From the NCBI GenBank assembly GCA_963668625.2, contig CAXXKA010000008.1, forward strand, positions 1,024,001 to 1,088,000: a stretch of DNA of 64,000 nucleotides, written 5' to 3'. The notes below the pieces were generated by a model, which searched no databases, was not told the DNA's origin, and was given only the letters and a program-made list of their open reading frames with translations. Each line of letters opens with the position of its first letter. Position 1 is the first letter of the stretch. This document shows positions 1 through 10,365 of this stretch, one piece after another. This stretch comes from an uncultured candidate division Zixibacteria bacterium (GTDB lineage Bacteria > Zixibacteria > MSB-5A5 > UBA10806 > 4484-95). Both the position numbers and the translations under genes were made by a program.

Positions 1-1054
1 CGCACCTGGTGGCGATGATATTCGGGCAATTATCGGAGCAGCAATCGCTGCGTGATCTGGTCTTGAATCTTTCCCGTCAGGCGCATAGGTTTTACCATCT
101 GGGTATGTCAAAGATACGCCGTTCGACTTTTTCGGATGCCAACAATCATCGGCCCTCGGCAATATACGAGAACTTGTTTTACATATTATTGAATCGTTAC
201 GGTTGTCATTTTCAAGGCAAAAACCGGAAGCTGGGGAATAAATTATACTCAGTTGATTCGACGGTCATAGATTTGTGTCTGGGGTTATTTTATTGGGCTA
301 AATTCAGAACGACCAAGGCCGGTGTCAAGCTTCATGTCAGGTTAAACCATGATGGTTACATCCCTGATTTTGCGGTTGTCACCAATGCCAATATTCATGA
401 TTCCAGAGTCAGGAAGATGTTCAATTTACCGGCTGGCAGTATCGTGACTTTCGACAAAGGCTACAATGACTACAGTCTTTTCAAGTTATTAAATGATAAG
501 GGGATAATCTTTGTCACGCGGCAGAAGAATAACGCTAAATACAAAGTAATCAAACGGTGTAGAACTAATCGTAAGCAAGGAGTCACCTCCGATCATTGGA
601 TTGAATTTACCGGTTTTTACTCCAAGCAAAAATGTTCGATTAGGCTGAGACGAATCCGTTATATCGATAAAGAAACCGGTAAAGTTTATGTATTCCTGAC
701 CAATGATTTCAAACATGCCGCCTCGACTATTGCCGACATTTATAAGCAGCGCTGGCAGATAGAATTGTTTTTTAAAGCGTTAAAACAGAACCTTGTGATC
801 AAGACTTTCTGGGGTACCTCCAAGAACGCAGTATATTCCCAGATCTGGGTGGCTTTGATAATCTATTTGTTAATGAGCGCGCTGAAATACAAATACAAAA
901 TATCGGCCTCAGTTGGAAAGTTAATTCAGAGAATCCGGTCATTCGTGTTTGAAAAAGATGATGTCCTGAGATTCCTTAAAGACCAAATACCAATCCCAAT
1001 ACAAATCGCTCAAACATCTCAAATTAACCTGTCCCTAAAGGCCGGACACTAGTG
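1..1054 (+). mobile_element. IS4-family insertion sequence, left end outside the window
   Basis: Transposase ORF 9..1052 runs into a terminal GCCGGACACTAGTG (1041-1054), an IS4-type end; it abuts and truncates the minus-strand ORF 1049..1402. Confidence 0.8.
9..1052 (+). CDS. IS4-family DDE transposase (5' part probably outside the window)
   Basis: Motifs SVDST, GVKLH, FDKGY and YKQRWQIELFFKALKQ (IS4 YREK signature); DUF4372-like N-terminus (QLSEQQSLRDL). Confidence 0.92.
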   Translation: MAMIFGQLSEQQSLRDLVLNLSRQAHRFYHLGMSKIRRSTFSDANNHRPSAIYENLFYILLNRYGCHFQGKNRKLGNKLYSVDSTVIDLCLGLFYWAKFRTTKAGVKLHVRLNHDGYIPDFAVVTNANIHDSRVRKMFNLPAGSIVTFDKGYNDYSLFKLLNDKGIIFVTRQKNNAKYKVIKRCRTNRKQGVTSDHWIEFTGFYSKQKCSIRLRRIRYIDKETGKVYVFLTNDFKHAASTIADIYKQRWQIELFFKALKQNLVIKTFWGTSKNAVYSQIWVALIIYLLMSALKYKYKISASVGKLIQRIRSFVFEKDDVLRFLKDQIPIPIQIAQTSQINLSLKAGH

Positions 1055-1402
1055 ATTTAGTTTATCTGTCAATTTCCAGAAGAGATAAACATTAGCTGCA
1101 TGCAATAAAATACTCATGAAACTATGAAAGTAAGCGTTAACGCCGAATATAAAATACCATAGGAAATTAGCCCACAAACTCAAAGGCCTGAAATAACCGT
1201 AAATAATGCTTCTTTGAAAGAATATCTCCGGATTACTTAATGCTATCTTGGAATAAGATAAACACAACCAATCATCTCCTATAAATTGACGGCTTAAAAA
1301 CGGCAGATAAAATACGATAGCTAGTGAAACGATAAAATAAACAGCATGCTTTTCTACACTTAGTGTTTTCATTAGAGAGCCTCTCCAATCTCCGGAATAC
1401 AC
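1049..1402 (-). pseudogene. 5' fragment of a membrane GT-C/PMT-like glycosyltransferase, cut by the IS4 element
   Basis: Hydrophobic N-terminus followed by GDD..., YFRPLS and 'LLHAANVYL', typical of the start of GT-C membrane proteins; the frame ends inside the IS4 terminal repeat. Confidence 0.65.
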
Positions 1403-1592
1403 CGATAAAGCAAGATTATAATTCAGGTATTTTTCAACACCATGTTATAGAGAATGTAAGGCGCGTTCTTTCTACTATAGTATAAGTGTTAACAATAGTC
1501 GATTTATGTATGATATTATAATTCGGTATTTCCCGTACCGATTCCGCACTATTATAATTGCATAAAGGAAAACTCGGATGCGAGAAATAAAT

Positions 1593-3851
1593 TTATCTGT
1601 TCAAAACCTCGAGCGCGGCATATTTGGGCATAATCTTTTTCACCGAGGTCTTGAACTGAATCGTAAGCATCATGTTCTCGCCTCGCCCTTCTTTGTCGAC
1701 TATCCTGCCGACACCGAACTTAGCGTGTGATACTGTCAGCCCGACTTTCAGCATACCATCGATACCAGACTCGTCCTCATCGTATATATCTACATCGAGA
1801 TAGCTGGGTTTCTTTTTCGGCTTTTTCTGCCTCGTGGAAAAACCGCTCAATCGATTGGTGACATTCCGGGCCATACCGCCGTTTTCGTAATAGTTGATTT
1901 TCTCGACCTCTAAAAGTTCCTCGGGAATATCGCTCAAAAAACATGAGGGGGAGGTAATATTTGGGCCGTCAAAACGGCGACGGAATCCCGCCATCGAAAG
2001 ATAGAGTTTGCTCATGGCGCGAGTTATCCCCACATAACACAGACGTCGCTCCTCCTCCAATTCAGAATCGGCCGAGAAAAGAGTTTGCTCTCGTAGCAAT
2101 GGGAAAAGGCCTTGCTCCATACCGGTAAGAAACACGGTATCGAACTCTAGACCTTTGGCCGCGTGCAAAGTCATCAAGACAACCGCGCCCTCACTTCGGT
2201 TCATCTTATCCACCTCGCTGATCAGCGCCACCTCCTCGAGGAATCCTCTCAGTCCCGAATCGCGATCGGAGTCGGTTTCCTCCTGGGCGCGAATAGCGAA
2301 AGCGCTGACAGCATTAACCATCTCCCGCACGTTCTCCAGCCGGACATCGGATTCCGGCGTATCCTCGGTCTCGAGCATCCTGAGATAACCGGTCTGATCG
2401 ATAAGCTGACGGACTAAATCATCCGGCGGAATATCATCGACTTTAGCCGCTAATTGAGTCATCACTTTATTCATTTTGGATAGCTCGGCGCCTGCTTTGC
2501 CTTTCAAGTCGACTAAGTCGAGATTACCCAGTAATTCGAAAGCAGGGCGATCCAACGCGGTAGCGGTAGCCAGGATTTTATCGACCGACACTTTGCCAAC
2601 ACCGCGACGGGGAACGTTTATAATACGCAATAACGCCTCGTTATCGGACGGGTTCACTAGCAACCGCAGGTAAGCGATGATATCCTTGATCTCTTTGCGC
2701 TCGTAAAACTTGGTGCCGCCTACGATCATATATGGTATACCCGAGTCTCTCAAGGCATCCTCGATTGACCGCGATTGTGAATGAGTACGATACATTATGG
2801 CGAAATCCGAGGGGGATTTATCCTCGGCAATCGAGTATTTTATTCTTTTAGTGATAGTCTCCGACTCGTCGCGTTCATCCCCGCACATTAGCAGGGTTAT
2901 CTTATCCCCGCCCTGGCGTTCGGTGAATAGCTTTTTGGATTTGCGGCCGATATTTTTGGATATCACCGCGTGCGAGGCATCCAGTATGATATTCGTAGAA
3001 CGATAATTTTGCTCCAGCTTTACTACTTTACAGCCGGGATTATCGCTTTCGAAATTCAGGATATTGGATATATCCGCGCCGCGCCATCCGTAAATTGATT
3101 GATCATCATCACCGACAACACAAATATTTTTAGTCTCGCCGGCCAATAATTTCACCAGCATATACTGGGAATGGTTGGTATCCTGGTACTCATCAACCAT
3201 GAGGTATTTATAGTGTTCGTTATAAAGCTTGCGGACCTCGGGAAACTGCTGCAGGAGTTTGACCATCTCGAACAGGAGATCATCGAAATCGAGCGCGTTA
3301 TTTTTTTTCAACTGCTTCTGGTATTCGACATATATACGGGCAATGTTGTTTATGATATAATCATCCGCCGCCTCGAGGTATTCATCGGGACCGACAAGCC
3401 TGTCTTTGGCTTTCGAGATGGCATTCTGGGCGTGACTGTGAGTCGGCTGATCCTCCGGGGTACCCAATTTCTTGATGATACGTTTGATCAGAGCTTTGCT
3501 GTCGGAGGAATCATAAATGGTGAAATCGCGTTTGAAACCGAGTATTTCTGCGTGATGTCGTAGCTGACGAGCGCAGAACGAATGGAACGTGGAGAGATTC
3601 GCGAACCGGCCGCTGCCGCCCAGTAGACTGATTACACGTTCTTTCATTTCACCGGCGGCTTTATTAGTGAAAGTAACACCCAGTATCCGATCCGGGCGTG
3701 CCAGGCCATTGGTAACAATATGGGCAATGCGATGCGTAATCACGCGGGTTTTGCCGGAGCCCGCACCGGCCAACACTAACAGAGGTCCCTCGGTGTGGGT
3801 GACGGCCTCGTGTTGCGCGGGATTTAATCCTTGAAGATGCTTATCATTCAT
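1593..3851 (-). CDS. pcrA: ATP-dependent DNA helicase PcrA/UvrD
   Basis: SF1 motifs LAGAGSGKT, TFTNKAA, VDEYQD, GDDDQSIYGWRGA, LEQNYRS, MTLHAAKGLEF, EERRLCYVGITRA, plus a C-terminal Tudor-like region (HAKFGVG). Confidence 0.95.
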   Translation of the reverse strand: MNDKHLQGLNPAQHEAVTHTEGPLLVLAGAGSGKTRVITHRIAHIVTNGLARPDRILGVTFTNKAAGEMKERVISLLGGSGRFANLSTFHSFCARQLRHHAEILGFKRDFTIYDSSDSKALIKRIIKKLGTPEDQPTHSHAQNAISKAKDRLVGPDEYLEAADDYIINNIARIYVEYQKQLKKNNALDFDDLLFEMVKLLQQFPEVRKLYNEHYKYLMVDEYQDTNHSQYMLVKLLAGETKNICVVGDDDQSIYGWRGADISNILNFESDNPGCKVVKLEQNYRSTNIILDASHAVISKNIGRKSKKLFTERQGGDKITLLMCGDERDESETITKRIKYSIAEDKSPSDFAIMYRTHSQSRSIEDALRDSGIPYMIVGGTKFYERKEIKDIIAYLRLLVNPSDNEALLRIINVPRRGVGKVSVDKILATATALDRPAFELLGNLDLVDLKGKAGAELSKMNKVMTQLAAKVDDIPPDDLVRQLIDQTGYLRMLETEDTPESDVRLENVREMVNAVSAFAIRAQEETDSDRDSGLRGFLEEVALISEVDKMNRSEGAVVLMTLHAAKGLEFDTVFLTGMEQGLFPLLREQTLFSADSELEEERRLCYVGITRAMSKLYLSMAGFRRRFDGPNITSPSCFLSDIPEELLEVEKINYYENGGMARNVTNRLSGFSTRQKKPKKKPSYLDVDIYDEDESGIDGMLKVGLTVSHAKFGVGRIVDKEGRGENMMLTIQFKTSVKKIMPKYAALEVLNR

Positions 3852-3936
3852 AGCGTGCCAATATATATGAAATTTCTTTTTATGGAAATGGTTTATGAAA
3901 AAAAATAATAATATATACGATTATGAACAACCGTCT

Positions 3937-5400
3937 TTACTTTATCAGTATCATGCGACGGGTATTAGTATAATCGCGACTTGTCATCCTGTAGAAATAC
4001 GAACCGGATGCAACCGGTTTACCCGATTGTGCCCGACCATTCCAATCGAACGCGTAATGTCCCGGCAATTTATACTCATCCAATACCGTTTTTACGAGTT
4101 GTCCCCGGATATTAAATATCCGTATCAGCACCGGCCCGGCTTTCGAAACATTATAAGATATTTTTGTAGAACCATTGAACGGATTAGGATAATTTGCCTC
4201 GAGGGAGGTGGCAACAGGCAAAGAATTTCCCGTAACACCTACATCATTTAATATATCATCCAAAGCGGTTATGAAACTCTCCATCTCGGTCATGGTACCG
4301 GTGGATACCCTGATATGATTCTGCAGTCCCCAGCCGGTTCGCACACTCACGCCTCGTTGGTTGAGTAAATTGGCCAATTGAGCCGAATCGAATTCGGTTT
4401 CAAGTAAAAAGAAATTAGTTTGCGAGGGCACATATCTCATCTCGTTCTGATCGAAATAATCGAAACAGTAGGCTTTGGCCTCGTTATTTAGCGTAACCGT
4501 ATTATCTATATGTTCCTGATCCTCGAGCGCGGCGATAGCTGCAGCTTGCGACAGCCTCGTAATCGAGGCGTATATCAGCCACGATTGCATCTGCGAGATC
4601 AACTCTTGCCTTCCGATAGCATAACCGATACGCAATCCTGCCAGACCGTATACTTTTGAAAACGTTCTTATAACGATGACTTTCCGATCATCCTGAACTA
4701 ACCGTATTGCGGTCTCATACGAGGGATCATCCACGTACTCGTGATACGCCTCATCGATAATGGCAACGACCTGCGAGGGCAAGTTATCGACAAAATCCTC
4801 GATATCATCGGCGGAAAGTACCCTGCCGGTCGGATTGTTGGGATTAGTAATAATCACCGCCTGGGTAGAGCTATCCACTCGGGAGGCCATATCATCCAGA
4901 TCGATATCGTAATTACCATCGAGATAAGAATAATGGATATCAGCGCCTATCAAATCGGCATCCGAGGGGAACTGGCTGTATGAGGGATAGGGTGAAACTA
5001 TATTATTGCCGCCGGTAATAAAAGACAGAGCCGCCAGGCGCAGGATTTCGGTGGCGCCACAACCGGCTATCACCTGGCCAGAGTTAACATCATGACTATT
5101 GGCCAGATAGTTTTTAAGCCCGCCGGCATACCAGTCGGGGTAGCGATGGCTCATATCGATATTGTCGGAAATCGCTTGCATCGCCAGCGGAGATGGCCCC
5201 AGCGAGTTCTCGTTATAACAGAGCCTGTTAACATAATCGGTTAATACCGGGAAATCATCCCGTCCGGTGTGATTCTCGGAAAAAATCGGCGCGGTATTAA
5301 ATAGCGAAAAGGCGGCGCTTCCAGCAACCAGCCCTAAAAACTTACGCCTCGATAACTCTTCCCTGATATTACCGGTGGTGTGTTTCTTATCCATATACAC
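3937..5400 (-). CDS. HisC-like class I/II PLP aminotransferase with Tat signal and C-terminal FlgD-Ig/T9SS-type sorting domain
   Basis: SRRKFLG twin-arginine leader; NENSLGPSP, NPNNPTG, DEAY and RTFSKVYGLAGLRIGY (PLP lysine); tail ANYPNPFNGST...SGSYFYRM...RRMILIK. Confidence 0.85.
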   Translation of the reverse strand: MYMDKKHTTGNIREELSRRKFLGLVAGSAAFSLFNTAPIFSENHTGRDDFPVLTDYVNRLCYNENSLGPSPLAMQAISDNIDMSHRYPDWYAGGLKNYLANSHDVNSGQVIAGCGATEILRLAALSFITGGNNIVSPYPSYSQFPSDADLIGADIHYSYLDGNYDIDLDDMASRVDSSTQAVIITNPNNPTGRVLSADDIEDFVDNLPSQVVAIIDEAYHEYVDDPSYETAIRLVQDDRKVIVIRTFSKVYGLAGLRIGYAIGRQELISQMQSWLIYASITRLSQAAAIAALEDQEHIDNTVTLNNEAKAYCFDYFDQNEMRYVPSQTNFFLLETEFDSAQLANLLNQRGVSVRTGWGLQNHIRVSTGTMTEMESFITALDDILNDVGVTGNSLPVATSLEANYPNPFNGSTKISYNVSKAGPVLIRIFNIRGQLVKTVLDEYKLPGHYAFDWNGRAQSGKPVASGSYFYRMTSRDYTNTRRMILIK

Positions 5401-5520
5401 CTCCGTAAAATAAATAGATAATACTGACTATGTCCTGTTATATAACAAGTTACCAGTCGTTAAAATATAACATTTTCGGGGAAATAGTCAAGATATATGC
5501 CGATATAGTAAAAGAAGTGC

Positions 5521-5548
5521 TTGACAATCGGGTTTTTAGAAATAAATT
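5521..5548 (+). promoter_or_regulatory. sigma70-type promoter of the tRNA
   Basis: TTGACA (5521-5526), 16 bp spacer, TAAATT (5543-5548), just upstream of the tRNA 5' end. Confidence 0.55.
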
Positions 5549-5559
5549 TGTGTGTCTGT

Positions 5560-5633
5560 GGCGGAGTAGCTCAGTCGGTTAGAGCAGAGGAATCATAATC
5601 CTCGTGTCCGGGGTTCAAGTCCCTGCTCCGCTA
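5560..5633 (+). tRNA. tRNA-Met (CAT), elongator type, CCA not encoded; integration site
   Basis: Acceptor GGCGGAG/CTCCGCT+A, D-arm TAGCTCAGTCGGTTAGAGC, anticodon arm GAGGA-ATCATAA-TCCTC, T-loop GTTCAAGT. Ile2 cannot be strictly excluded by eye. Confidence 0.93.
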
Positions 5634-5636
5634 CTT
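5588..5636 (+). repeat. att site at the tRNA/integrase end
   Basis: AGGAATCATAATCCTCGTGTCCGGGGTTCAAGTCCCTGCTCCGCTACTT matches 50054-50102 at 45 of 49 positions. Confidence 0.92.
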
Positions 5637-5732
5637 TTTATCTTGCTGAACGACAATATGTTATAGGCCTCCTTCTTCAGGTTGGATTTATCACTTTTTA
5701 TCCCACGGTAACATAGCGGTAACAAAATAGCT

Positions 5733-5763
5733 AAAAAAAGACCGCCCAAATACAAGGGCGGTC
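5733..5763 (-). terminator. Rho-independent terminator after the integrase
   Basis: GACCGCCC/GGGCGGTC stem followed by T7 on the minus strand. Confidence 0.75.
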
Positions 5764-5789
5764 AACTTAATACTATATCGGCTACTGTA

Positions 5790-6845
5790 CTAATACGGGA
5801 GTTTACTTAGCATTTCGTCTTTGTGATCAGGTGCCAAATGTGAGTATATCATTGTCGTCTCAATCTGGGCATGTCCAAGAAGCTTTTGCAACGTGAATAT
5901 TGGCACATTAACCATTGCCAAATGGCTGGCAAACGTATGCCTGAATGTATGGCATGTAGCCCACGGCAGGCCTATCGAAGTGAGAGTCTTTGATATGAAT
6001 CTGCCTACCCACCATTCTCGCCACTGCGGTTGCTCCTTGCCATGGCTATCAAATGGCCCAAACACTTTACCATCGCTTCTTCGCTTCATCGATTTCAACA
6101 TGTCCCGAAGTCCCGGTGAGTACTTGAATGGTAGTATACGATTACGTTTACCCTTGGCATTGATCCCTCTTATGACAAGCTGGTTTCTTTTAAAATCGAT
6201 ATCGTCCCAGGTTAACGAAAGCGCTTCACCTAACCGTGTTCCAGTACCCAGATAGAAATCAACTAACTCCGCAAAGGATGTATCCTTAAATTTATCCTTC
6301 ACCCTGCTGATCTCTTCCAAGCTCAGGTATCGTGGGTACTCTGACTGCGGCACTCTAATGTACCGGATTTTATCTAACGGGTTTTTATCCAGCATCTCCC
6401 ATCGGACAGCTGTATTAAATGCAACTTTCAGATGACGGAATTCGAGGTTTACGGTTGATGGCGCAATTCCATTATCTAATCTGTGTTTCCGATAGTTCTC
6501 CATCGTCAAAGGCCGTATCGAACGGATTTCCTTATTACCAACAAATTCAAGCAAATGCTGAAGTATTCTACGTTCACGTATTACCGTACGTGGTGCCTTC
6601 ACCTGATTTGAATGATCCAAATACTCATCGATAAACTGACTCAACTTTATAACCTCATCATTCGACTCAATTGGTTTTCCCTCAGCCAATAGAGAGCAAA
6701 CTTGATGAAAGACTTTATCAGCGGTACGTTTATCACAATTGCCGATTTTAAAGGTTTTCTGCACACCATTCTCCCAATAAAAGATCCGCCAACAGTGCTT
6801 ACCAGATTTATACTTCCGCTTAACCAGAGAAGGCACCTCAATCAC
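5790..6845 (-). CDS. int: Tyrosine recombinase / phage-type integrase
   Basis: Catalytic residues GTRLGE (R), AKG (K), HTFRH (HxxR), LGH and TMIY (Y); adjacent to the att site. Confidence 0.95.
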   Translation of the reverse strand: MIEVPSLVKRKYKSGKHCWRIFYWENGVQKTFKIGNCDKRTADKVFHQVCSLLAEGKPIESNDEVIKLSQFIDEYLDHSNQVKAPRTVIRERRILQHLLEFVGNKEIRSIRPLTMENYRKHRLDNGIAPSTVNLEFRHLKVAFNTAVRWEMLDKNPLDKIRYIRVPQSEYPRYLSLEEISRVKDKFKDTSFAELVDFYLGTGTRLGEALSLTWDDIDFKRNQLVIRGINAKGKRNRILPFKYSPGLRDMLKSMKRRSDGKVFGPFDSHGKEQPQWREWWVGRFISKTLTSIGLPWATCHTFRHTFASHLAMVNVPIFTLQKLLGHAQIETTMIYSHLAPDHKDEMLSKLPY

Positions 6846-7068
6846 CTCCTTTCGATCTCATAGGATAGCTTACAGTTATTTTCTCTTCGCATGATTTTAC
6901 GTATTCAGTAACCTGGCCCCAGGTAAACTGAACAGAGTTACGGCTAAAGCGTGTACACGCGATCTTGCCTGATTTGACCCAGCGCAGCACTGTATTACGA
7001 TGTACGCTGAGAGCCTCGGCTACCTCGTTTACCGTTTTAGTCAATTTGCCATCGGGCCAGGTGTTCAT
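6838..7068 (-). CDS. Excisionase-like HTH (MerR/HTH_17) protein
   Basis: TVNEVAEALSVHRNTVLRWVKSGKI; overlaps the integrase start. Confidence 0.8.
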   Translation of the reverse strand: MNTWPDGKLTKTVNEVAEALSVHRNTVLRWVKSGKIACTRFSRNSVQFTWGQVTEYVKSCEEKITVSYPMRSKGGD

Positions 7069-7135
7069 TTTTCTTATACCTAAAAAATTACCTCCCGGTC
7101 ATCATGGTAAATGACTGGGAGGATTTATAAAACGC

Positions 7136-7615
7136 CTATCCTTTTAAGCGATTGTCCTCATCGGAATCGTGGTTATCTTCATCGTCTGACACAATTTGAT
7201 TTGCCCGAAATAGAAATTCATGGGCTTTAGCTACATGATCAGCGAGATTTCTATACCCCGAAATGGCAATATCAAACATTCGCTTTAATTCTGCTGGCTG
7301 ATTTTCCCCGCTTTGGGATAGTACAACACCAAGATGATTTATGAATTCATGCCGAGTGTCAAAAAAGCCAGTCGCAACACTTACATAATCATAAGCATCG
7401 CTTGGAGAATCACTATTATTGGCTTTGTCCTTTAATCCGCCTAGGAATTCTCCTATATCATAGTCGTATTTGGGGAAATCGATGAACTGCACTCCTTCAA
7501 CAACTATCAGCGCATCTGCTCTCTTGATCGAATCCAGTACATGATTATAGCAATCATTGCAGATATCTGGATTACAGAAGTAGTCGCGAACTAAAATTAA
7601 ATTATCTGTATTCAT
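7136..7615 (-). CDS. Hypothetical protein
   Basis: 159 aa ORF with GAAAGG SD, co-oriented with xis/int; no motif recognised. Confidence 0.6.
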   Translation of the reverse strand: MNTDNLILVRDYFCNPDICNDCYNHVLDSIKRADALIVVEGVQFIDFPKYDYDIGEFLGGLKDKANNSDSPSDAYDYVSVATGFFDTRHEFINHLGVVLSQSGENQPAELKRMFDIAISGYRNLADHVAKAHEFLFRANQIVSDDEDNHDSDEDNRLKG

Positions 7616-7707
7616 TTAAAATACCTTTCCTGGTTTGTTTTCCTGCGCCAGCTAGAAAGATGGCACAGGTAGGTTAATACTAATGCTGTTAGTTTCTAGG
7701 CGACCCT

Positions 7708-8667
7708 TTACATTCCATCGTCAGCCATTATGATGATAGCGTCCAGGGTATAGCTATAAATCGCGCGGAAGCAATCAATGGCATTTCCCCATAATCTTTC
7801 AAAATATTCGTCGCTCAAACTATCATCATTAAGAAATTGATATTCTACTATATACAGCAGTAGCATTGTCCAGATAGAGAGGTACCGGAATGATAAGAAG
7901 GTATAATCTCCTAAGGTTTTTTTTGAACGAAGTACACCGGCCCTCAAGCGAAGATGTTCCAGATCGTTCAAAACATACGTTAGGAACCCGAGAGAAAGCA
8001 CCCACTTATTACCTTTAGCCTCGATAATAATATCCTGTTCAACCATGGCTTGATACCGCTGCTTTACTTCCGGACCACCCTGTAAAAGCCCGTTGAATGC
8101 ATCCAGCGGAATTGCTAAGGCAGGAGGGTCATCATCTTCAAGAAACTTCTTTTTATCGAAGTCCTCTCCCGGTGGAATCTTTAAAATTAATTCCATTTCC
8201 TCAAGCACAACATCTTTCGTCCCTGGGGCGTTAATCCCAAACGCTATTTCCAGCGCATTTAGAAGGTGTTTGAAAATATTATGGAAGTAAGGCAGATGGG
8301 CTTTTAATAGAAGTCGATTTGCCTCAACTGCATCTTCGGTGTCAGCCGTAGTGTTAGAAAAGTCGAATGATGTCAGATAGTTAAACCAAGAACGCAGATA
8401 GCTTAGAGATGTTTTGGCATAACAAACCCTATCTTCGTATGTAGGCTCAGCGTCATTAGAGGTATACCTATCCAGTTCATTCTCAACATACTCCCCTAAT
8501 TTGGGGGCCGAGACGAATTCTTCCGAGCCAACCTCAAATATCAGGCCATTTTCAATTAATGCCTGGCGGAGGTCATTTAAATCGGCATTTTTCCAGCCGA
8601 GCTTTTCAGTAAATAGTCTCAAGGCTGCCGGAAATTCGTTTGTATTAGAGTTATTCATGTTTATCAC
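7708..8667 (-). CDS. Hypothetical acidic, helical protein
   Basis: 319 aa ORF in the int-oriented cluster; no motif recognised. Confidence 0.65.
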   Translation of the reverse strand: MINMNNSNTNEFPAALRLFTEKLGWKNADLNDLRQALIENGLIFEVGSEEFVSAPKLGEYVENELDRYTSNDAEPTYEDRVCYAKTSLSYLRSWFNYLTSFDFSNTTADTEDAVEANRLLLKAHLPYFHNIFKHLLNALEIAFGINAPGTKDVVLEEMELILKIPPGEDFDKKKFLEDDDPPALAIPLDAFNGLLQGGPEVKQRYQAMVEQDIIIEAKGNKWVLSLGFLTYVLNDLEHLRLRAGVLRSKKTLGDYTFLSFRYLSIWTMLLLYIVEYQFLNDDSLSDEYFERLWGNAIDCFRAIYSYTLDAIIIMADDGM

Positions 8668-8723
8668 TTTATTGTTTTGCCCGCAGCCGGATAGAACGGC
8701 GATGCGGGCGGGTTAACATTTTG

Positions 8724-9254
8724 CTAATCTTCAGACTCTGTGTCTGAATCAGCGTTGTCTACACCGGCTTTTATGCCGAGCTCTTTCAGCCGTTTCTCGA
8801 CTTTTTCCAATGTTATTTTGTTTGAATCAATCATTACAGGCAGATTATCCTGACGCTCTTTGAGTTTCCTTTTCTTCTCAGGATCAGGTTCAGTCGCTAT
8901 TATTTCAGGAAGATTCTGAAGCTCAGATTCATGTTCAGCATTTAGGCGTGTCAGTCGAGTAAACTGGCCACGAAGAATGCCTGGATTGTCAGTGGTTTCT
9001 ATAGTGGTACGGGATGACGGATTAGCTTTTTCGGCTTGGCGTTTATCTTTATCGATTTTCTGGAGTTCCTTGTTTTTCTCTAGGAATTCAGGGACATCGA
9101 TATAGAAAACACCACCGACATTAATTAGGGAATCACATCTTCGAGCCTGGCGAGTCAGCTTCTTAAGATCAGCGCCAATCATTTCGGCATAGGCTGAGAG
9201 AAGCATATTGTCGCCAAAAACTAATCCGATATTTAATTTGCTATCGTTTGACAT
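8724..9254 (-). CDS. Hypothetical coiled-coil protein
   Basis: 176 aa, strong AAGGAGG SD, charged heptad-like C-terminal half. Confidence 0.7.
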   Translation of the reverse strand: MSNDSKLNIGLVFGDNMLLSAYAEMIGADLKKLTRQARRCDSLINVGGVFYIDVPEFLEKNKELQKIDKDKRQAEKANPSSRTTIETTDNPGILRGQFTRLTRLNAEHESELQNLPEIIATEPDPEKKRKLKERQDNLPVMIDSNKITLEKVEKRLKELGIKAGVDNADSDTESED

Positions 9255-10365
9255 TTCTTTTCCTCCTTTCCTACCGTTGATAAAATCAACCGCAATTTTA
9301 AAAACGGATTATTTATGTTAGCGATTTTAAACGATCGATTGATGCCAGTTAGCATTGGCTCGTTTTTGGTAGTTATTAAGATTTTGCCCAATTAAACACA
9401 GCGTATTGGGTTCGCTATAATAGTAGGTTGTATGCAACCCTTATGAATAAAAAACTGTTTAATTGGTGTGAATATATTTGCTATCTTTATTTAATTCATT
9501 GAGTTATAGGTGTCAAATGATTGAGGAATATTGCGGCGAGAAATAAAAATATCCGAAAATTACCTTAAGGTTGCGTAACCCAAGATAGCTTCAAATTTAG
9601 ATATAGATTTTTTTATATTTCTCTAATTGTTATTTGAAATTTGGGAATATAATATCCATGGTCCGACCACTTGTAAAATGGGTCTTCAGTGATTTCAAAG
9701 CAATTTTTAAGGACTCCTCTTATTTTTGAAATATTGGATTTAAGAGTCCCCCGCTTCATTGCATTTTGTATTTTCCTTGCTTTTTTTTCATCAGCAGTAA
9801 ACATTAAAGTTGCCCACCATTTTCCTATTTTTTCCCCTTTTCCTTTACGGAATCCTAATTTAGAGTAATGGACTTTTTTAGTTTTACTACCTGCAATAAT
9901 ACATACCCTTTCATAATTCGAATCAACAATAAATTTTACATTTTGCCATTTTGATACGTGCGGGAATTTAAGAAATTTTTCTTTTTGCTTTGAAGTTTTA
10001 AGTGATAATTTTTCTATATTTCTTGAAATACTTTCGATAATTTCAGATTTATCCGAATCAGACAATCTGGTATAAGTTGGGAAGGAATCTTTATTCCATA
10101 AGTGATTTACAGAATATTCTAATTGCTGTTTAGATGGAGGATGAATATTTATACCGGCTATTATTCGATTTTTTATTTTTTTTAATATACCCACATTTTC
10201 TTGCGCAGCATAGCGTATTGGAACATCTGCTAAATGAAAATGTACAACGTTTTTCTTGAAGGAAATTAAATACAAAGGCAATAATTCATCGGATGTTTTA
10301 TTTTGTATCGAAGATTTATATGCATCCTCTGTTAGCTTCCCCCCATTGTTTGGACAGTAATTTAG

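Noticed and set aside
2155-3834. Short plus-strand ORFs inside pcrA, and similar antisense ORFs in the helicase, MTase, typA and RND genes
   Set aside because: Shadow frames of well-supported genes with no independent motifs.
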